Shown here in pieces: positions 59,300 through 64,000 of a stretch of 64,000 bases of DNA. The DNA is from Mytilus californianus (lineage: Eukaryota). Positions within the stretch are counted from its first letter, which is position 1, and each line of letters opens with the position of its first letter. Where the stretch lies: contig NW_026262581.1 in NCBI RefSeq assembly GCF_021869535.1, positions 86,800,001 to 86,864,000 of the forward strand. Reading direction: 5' to 3'. The translations under genes and the position numbers were made by a program. The notes beneath the pieces were generated by a model. The model was not told the origin of the DNA. It saw only the letters and a program-made list of their open reading frames with translations, and searched no databases.

Positions 59300-60190
59300 T
59301 CTTCAGGGTAATTACAATCTTTACAATATTGCACTTACATCAAAACCTTATATTTTTCGATGCTTTACACTATTATTCACCATGCTCAATTGAAAGATCG
59401 ACTACATTGTCTCATTTAACATGGCTTTTTCTACAGAAAACGGAAAATGTAGACACAAATTCCTTGTTTTGTGTGGTAGAAAATCTTACTTTGTGAAGAA
59501 ACACACGGATTCCCACAACAAATATTCCGAAGATAATACCATCAACATGCTGGACTTTTTGATTGACAACATTTTTGATGAGTTTGGTGAATTGATATTT
59601 CAGCAGACAGTCAGTATGCCAAAAGGTTCTAATTGTGCACCACTACTGGCCAATTTGATTTTGTACTCAGAAGAACCAGAATTCATACAGAACCTTCTCA
59701 AAGACAAAAAAAAAAAAGCTTCCAAAGATCTTTGATTTCACTTTCAGGTATTTTGATGATGTTTTATTACTCAACAACCCACATTTCAATGACTGATCAG
59801 AGATCTATATGTTAATTAGATTGCTCGATATTGACACAGATAGACGACTTCAAACATCTGCATCATCGTATTGCGTTTACATATCTCATTTAACACGTCG
59901 TTATTAGAGCGACTTCATTGTTTTCGCGGTCTTAAATCTTTAGATAGCAGTATAGTTGTCTTTCCTTTAAGTTTACCGACTGTGACCTATTTGCGATTGT
60001 GATATTTTTCCTGAGTGAGAATTCGTAATGAAGGTGATGCATGAATAGCAGGTGATGATTATCCTGTCGACGCACCCGGTCTCGTTTCTTTTTGATTGCA
60101 TCCTATTCCCTCAGTTTTTGTGTGTTACCTTGGTTTGTCTCTTCCTAATCGATTTACGAAATGATCATCGATAAACTCACTGCCGCCTAA
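59300..60190 (+). pseudogene. Degraded Penelope-like reverse transcriptase fragment (older family) with 3' tail
   Basis: INMLDFLIDNIF..FGELIFQQTVSMPKGSNCAPLLANL, then frameshifted FRYFDDVLLLNN. Confidence 0.78.
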
Positions 60191-61774
60191 CTTTGCAGTG
60201 GAAATTTTCCATCGAAATTCAAATCAGTTCAGGCTACTGCGGTCATTAATCAGGCAATGGCTCAGATATGGATAATTATAGAAATATACATATTTTTTGT
60301 TATCTAAATTTTTTGAAAAAAAAAAAAATTATTCATATATTTATGAATCAGCTCAGTAAATATAACCTAGCTTATACATATTAATGAGTCTGGCTTAAGA
60401 TACAAAAGCTAGCTCTTATACTAACATATTTGATAAGATATTAAAACATGTCAAGTGGATAATGGGAATTATACTGGAATATTATTCCTCGATTAAGAAA
60501 AAAATGCATTTGATCTGGTTAATCATTATATTTTAATAACTGAACTAAAATCTTACCGACAGGTTTATCCCTTATCAATATCAAAGTACTGAAGTACTGA
60601 ACATCGGGTGACCGCAAGTTCTTGTGGATTGTCAAAAGCACCTGTCACAGAAAAAAAATCACATCTCTATACCTGAAACTGAGGTTAATGTACAGAGATA
60701 TTTTTTTCTGAGACAAGTTCGTGCGTGGATGATGAATTAATGACAGGAAATTCAATCTCGCCGTAATAACTATTATATTGTAGTGATACAAATCAGTATA
60801 CACTGGTTTGTTGTTATATATTATATTAATATAACAGTTATATGTATATATAATTTTCATTCATTTGTATAACATTCTATTCTACTATTCTAATAAGAGT
60901 GCAATGCAAGTGCATGGTGGACACTCTTCTGTAAAAAATAGATTTTTCTAAAAGATTGGATATGAGTAGGCATTAATATTTTCCCGCAAAAACAATCTTC
61001 CATGCAGAGTTACCGGTCCTTGCCGGGATTGTCGCAAAATATTCTTGAGATATTCTTCCGCATGCTTTATCATATCAATGATTTTTTACCTATATATATA
61101 TATATATATATCTAACGACAAAACATTTTCATATTATTAATTTATGCCGTTCTAAACAAAAACATTGTTATCAGTGTTCATTGAAGAGATGTATTTATAA
61201 CAAACGACAAGGAATGTTATTTCGCACTCGTAAATATCCGCGTATTTATCATGTTTATAGATCGGTTACAAACCCAAAACGAAAGTTACGTAATGGAAAT
61301 CTAGGCGACAGCAATACATCGGAATGCCCTCACGGTCATCGCGATGTAAAAATGATTTACGTTTTATTTTATTTTACAAAAGAGATCTCAAAAAGTTGTA
61401 ATAAACAATATATACCTTCCATTATACAAGTACCATATTATGGAATTCGTTACCACCTAGTATAAAAAAGTATTTAATTTTACGAACTCCAAGGCAAATT
61501 CAGTAAGGGAGAAGTCCATAAATACTAACAAAATGATACGTACGTTAGACTAGATTAACTAACAAAACGAATGGAAAACAAATATCATATTCCTGACTTG
61601 GTACAGGCATTTTTCGGGAAAGTTGTGGGGTTAAACCTGGTTTTATAGCTAGCTAAACCTCCCACGTGTAATGCAGTTGTTTATAACTTGTAGAAACTAT
61701 ATTGATACGTTTAATCAGAGACATATGATATATCTGGTTTAATGAAAAGTATACAGCATATTACATAATGTATT

Positions 61775-61950
61775 AGTAGAGACATATAATTATATGTCTC
61801 TGCTGGGACTATATACTAAATATTATGTCCCATGTCTCTGATATTAGCTGGGACCATAGAGATATACACTCGTTATGGGTATTATATCTATGCTGGGACT
61901 AATAAATTCAATGTATTAGTCCCAGCATAGATATATCTATGGTCCCAGCA
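61775..61950. repeat. Palindrome-rich segment with a perfect 22-bp-arm hairpin (61883-61935)
   Basis: tatatctatgctgggactaata-aattcaatg-tattagtcccagcatagatata; also agagacatataattatatgtctct and repeated gctgggac. Confidence 0.75.
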
Positions 61951-62238
61951 AGGATTTGTATAATCTTACAATACTGACAAATCCTTGTTCCCAGGTCTTC
62001 AGTGGCAAGAAAATCATTGAAACTTTTCACAAAATGTATATTATAGTGTATTGTTTGAGAGCATTAGAAAAGATTAGCTTTAATGTTGCTAACTGTGCTA
62101 CCTTCCTAAAATATAGTAAAAAATATACCGGCGTTGCTGAGTGCTCCCAATCAGGAGAAGAATACGAAAGAAGATGTCCCAATAAGGAACTAAAAATAGA
62201 ACCACGTGGTCTTGTTTCACTTCCCTCTCAAAACAAAC

Positions 62239-62645
62239 ATGGAAGTTGAAGTGGGAGGACCGGACTCTGCAGATAAGAATGATACTCTCATAAAACCGTC
62301 TGCTGTCAAAGCAACAGGACAGTTTATAAAATGTGAGACTGCAAATGAAAATGCTAAACCAACTGAAAATGAAATTTCTGTCACTGATCGTTCAGAAACA
62401 GACGAAAAAAGTGAAAATACGACATCCAAGTACCCGGAAGGGAAACTTTGTGGTTGGTTAACCATAATTGCTCGCGGTATAATCAAAACAAATCGACAGA
62501 GATGGTGTGTGTATGGCGATAAAACATGTAAACTTTATTATTACAGAAGTCAAAATGACATAGTCCCGCTCGGAGAGATTGACATTTCGAGAGCAACATT
62601 TCATTTTGAACCTACTGTGGATAAACCAGGAGCTTTTCAGATTAG
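62239..62645 (+). CDS. TBC1D2B: TBC1D2/TBC1D2B-like Rab GAP, first coding exon containing most of the N-terminal PH domain; gene continues beyond the window
   Basis: KLCGWL...RQRWCVYGDKTCKLYYYRSQNDIVPLGEIDISRATF resembles the TBC1D2-family PH domain (recalled LCGYL...SRWF..D...C.LYY....D..PL..IDI..A.F); ends at an AG|gtgaaa donor. The TBC domain is not in the window, and TBC1D2 versus TBC1D2B cannot be resolved here. Confidence 0.68.
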
Positions 62646-62768
62646 GTGAAATACTGAGTTACTAGGTTTTAGACATTTTATTAATTAATAGCTTCATTGA
62701 CATCACATGTACCAAAGATTGAAGGCATTAAATGCATATTCAGTCGAGAGAAGGGGGAGGGGTGTTCA

Positions 62769-63675
62769 TGTAAGCGTACTTTCATTCCGCCGTGTATTTA
62801 TTCCGGGTAACTGTTTTTCCCTAGAGAATATTGGATGTAAATAGTGGGAAAGCGTTGATCTTGATATCGTTGTTTTGTTTATATTAGATCGGTTTATTGT
62901 TTACATAAATAAATGGGTTAAAATAGAATGATTTTCAAGGAACCAGTTTAATTAACCAGAGTCAATCCAGTAAATAATATTGATGATGATGAGGAGGATA
63001 TTTTTATAACTCAAAATACTTTATCAATGATCAGGACATTGAACTTGATATAAAACAAATTTAAAGAGCAGATTTGTTCTTACTTAAAGTTTCAATTATA
63101 GAAGCATCCTTTGATATCGACATAGAAGATATGATTTTATATCTAAGTCGACCGAAAAGCAAATACACAGAAAAACTTCGGCAATCCAATAGATATGAAT
63201 ATTACAATTAGTGACAATTTAAAAGCATATGATTTTATAAATTTGCATAGAAAAATTACCGTGTTAAATCTTATTCGTTAATAAGCATTATTGTGTTATC
63301 GTGTGTTCAAACTGAGTATTAATAACTTCATCAATGTATGGATCTAAAGCACTAGTGTTATTAATCCCGGTATAAAATAACTAGTGCAATCATTCCGGTA
63401 CAAAAACACTAGTGTGAACATTCCTTGGATGAAAACTCTCCACTTTTTACATAAAATCAACTATGCAAGTTTCAAATACACTAAAAACTACTAAGCCACA
63501 TTTTATATATATTTTCCCTTCAAAAAAAATCTTTTTAAAACCATATAATGACTGGTTGATGTTTTACACTGGACCCGGATAGAAAAACCTAGTGAATTTT
63601 TGTTGGTGGATAAAAATCACTGGTGATTTTCTTCCTCCGGATAAAGTACACTGGCGGAATCAAACCACTGTTACA
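62769..63675. mobile_element. Non-autonomous TIR element with TGTAA...TTACA termini and 4-bp TSD (Ginger-like)
   Basis: tgtaagcgtactttcattccgcc / ggcggaatcaaaccactgttaca, ttca on both flanks, about 30-bp cactagtg subrepeats in the right arm. Confidence 0.62.
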
Positions 63676-64000
63676 TTCAGAAGAGGTCTTTTATTAAACT
63701 GCATTAGATTGAATGTGATGTCACAGACATAGATATATAATACTTATAGAGTACACATATACATGTATCATACTAAAAAAAGCCCACATAAACATTTTCT
63801 TTGAAATGCCAATGCCAATATGAACTAACATTGATCTTAGTAACTCTCATATTATTTCTGTGCAGATCAGTACCAGATGAAGCTTTCTTCCAACTTATCT
63901 TCTAACTAACAAGGCTGTCCTTACTATTACAATGAAAACCTTTACTCTCTGTTGTTGTTCTATCTTGACCTCTAGAGATATGTTTGTTTGGATATCAATT

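Noticed and set aside
61956-62486. ORFs 61956-62249 (+) and 62217-62486 (-), and the non-ATG start at 62206
   Set aside because: No recognisable motifs; they overlap or are antisense to the PH exon, whose first in-frame ATG is 62239.
1-64000. tRNA, rRNA or snRNA genes
   Set aside because: No cloverleaf, A/B-box pair or conserved rRNA segment was recognised by eye; a covariance-model scan would be needed to exclude them.

Overview
AT-rich, intron-rich animal genomic DNA, most likely a Mytilus-type bivalve (inferred from the repeat families). Four host genes are supported. (1) An IQANK1-like gene on the minus strand: 13 coding exons reconstructed from 22774 down to 469, 3' end outside the window. 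(2) A head-to-head RIMOC1/C5orf51 orthologue on the plus strand: 7 exons, 23008-37157, about 258 aa. (3) A single-coding-exon 588-aa gene (44022-45788, minus) whose C-terminal half has the motif order of N-formylglutamate amidohydrolase-like zinc hydrolases. (4) The first coding exon (PH domain) of a TBC1D2/TBC1D2B-like gene (62239-62645, plus). The rest is minisatellite arrays, Helentron-associated (HINE/DINE-1/pearl-like) elements, MITEs and 5'-truncated Penelope-like retroelements. There are three standout observations. The splice acceptor plus first 73 nt of the RIMOC1 terminal exon is amplified about 50-fold into a 4.3-kb satellite, and only the last copy leads into the intact exon. A 1.5-kb mini-Maverick/Polinton has AGTAGT termini, a perfect 6-bp TSD and a penton-like ORF remnant. 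The FGase-fold enzyme gene is intronless in its CDS. No rRNA, tRNA or CRISPR array was seen. All homology calls are from motif recognition, not database searches.
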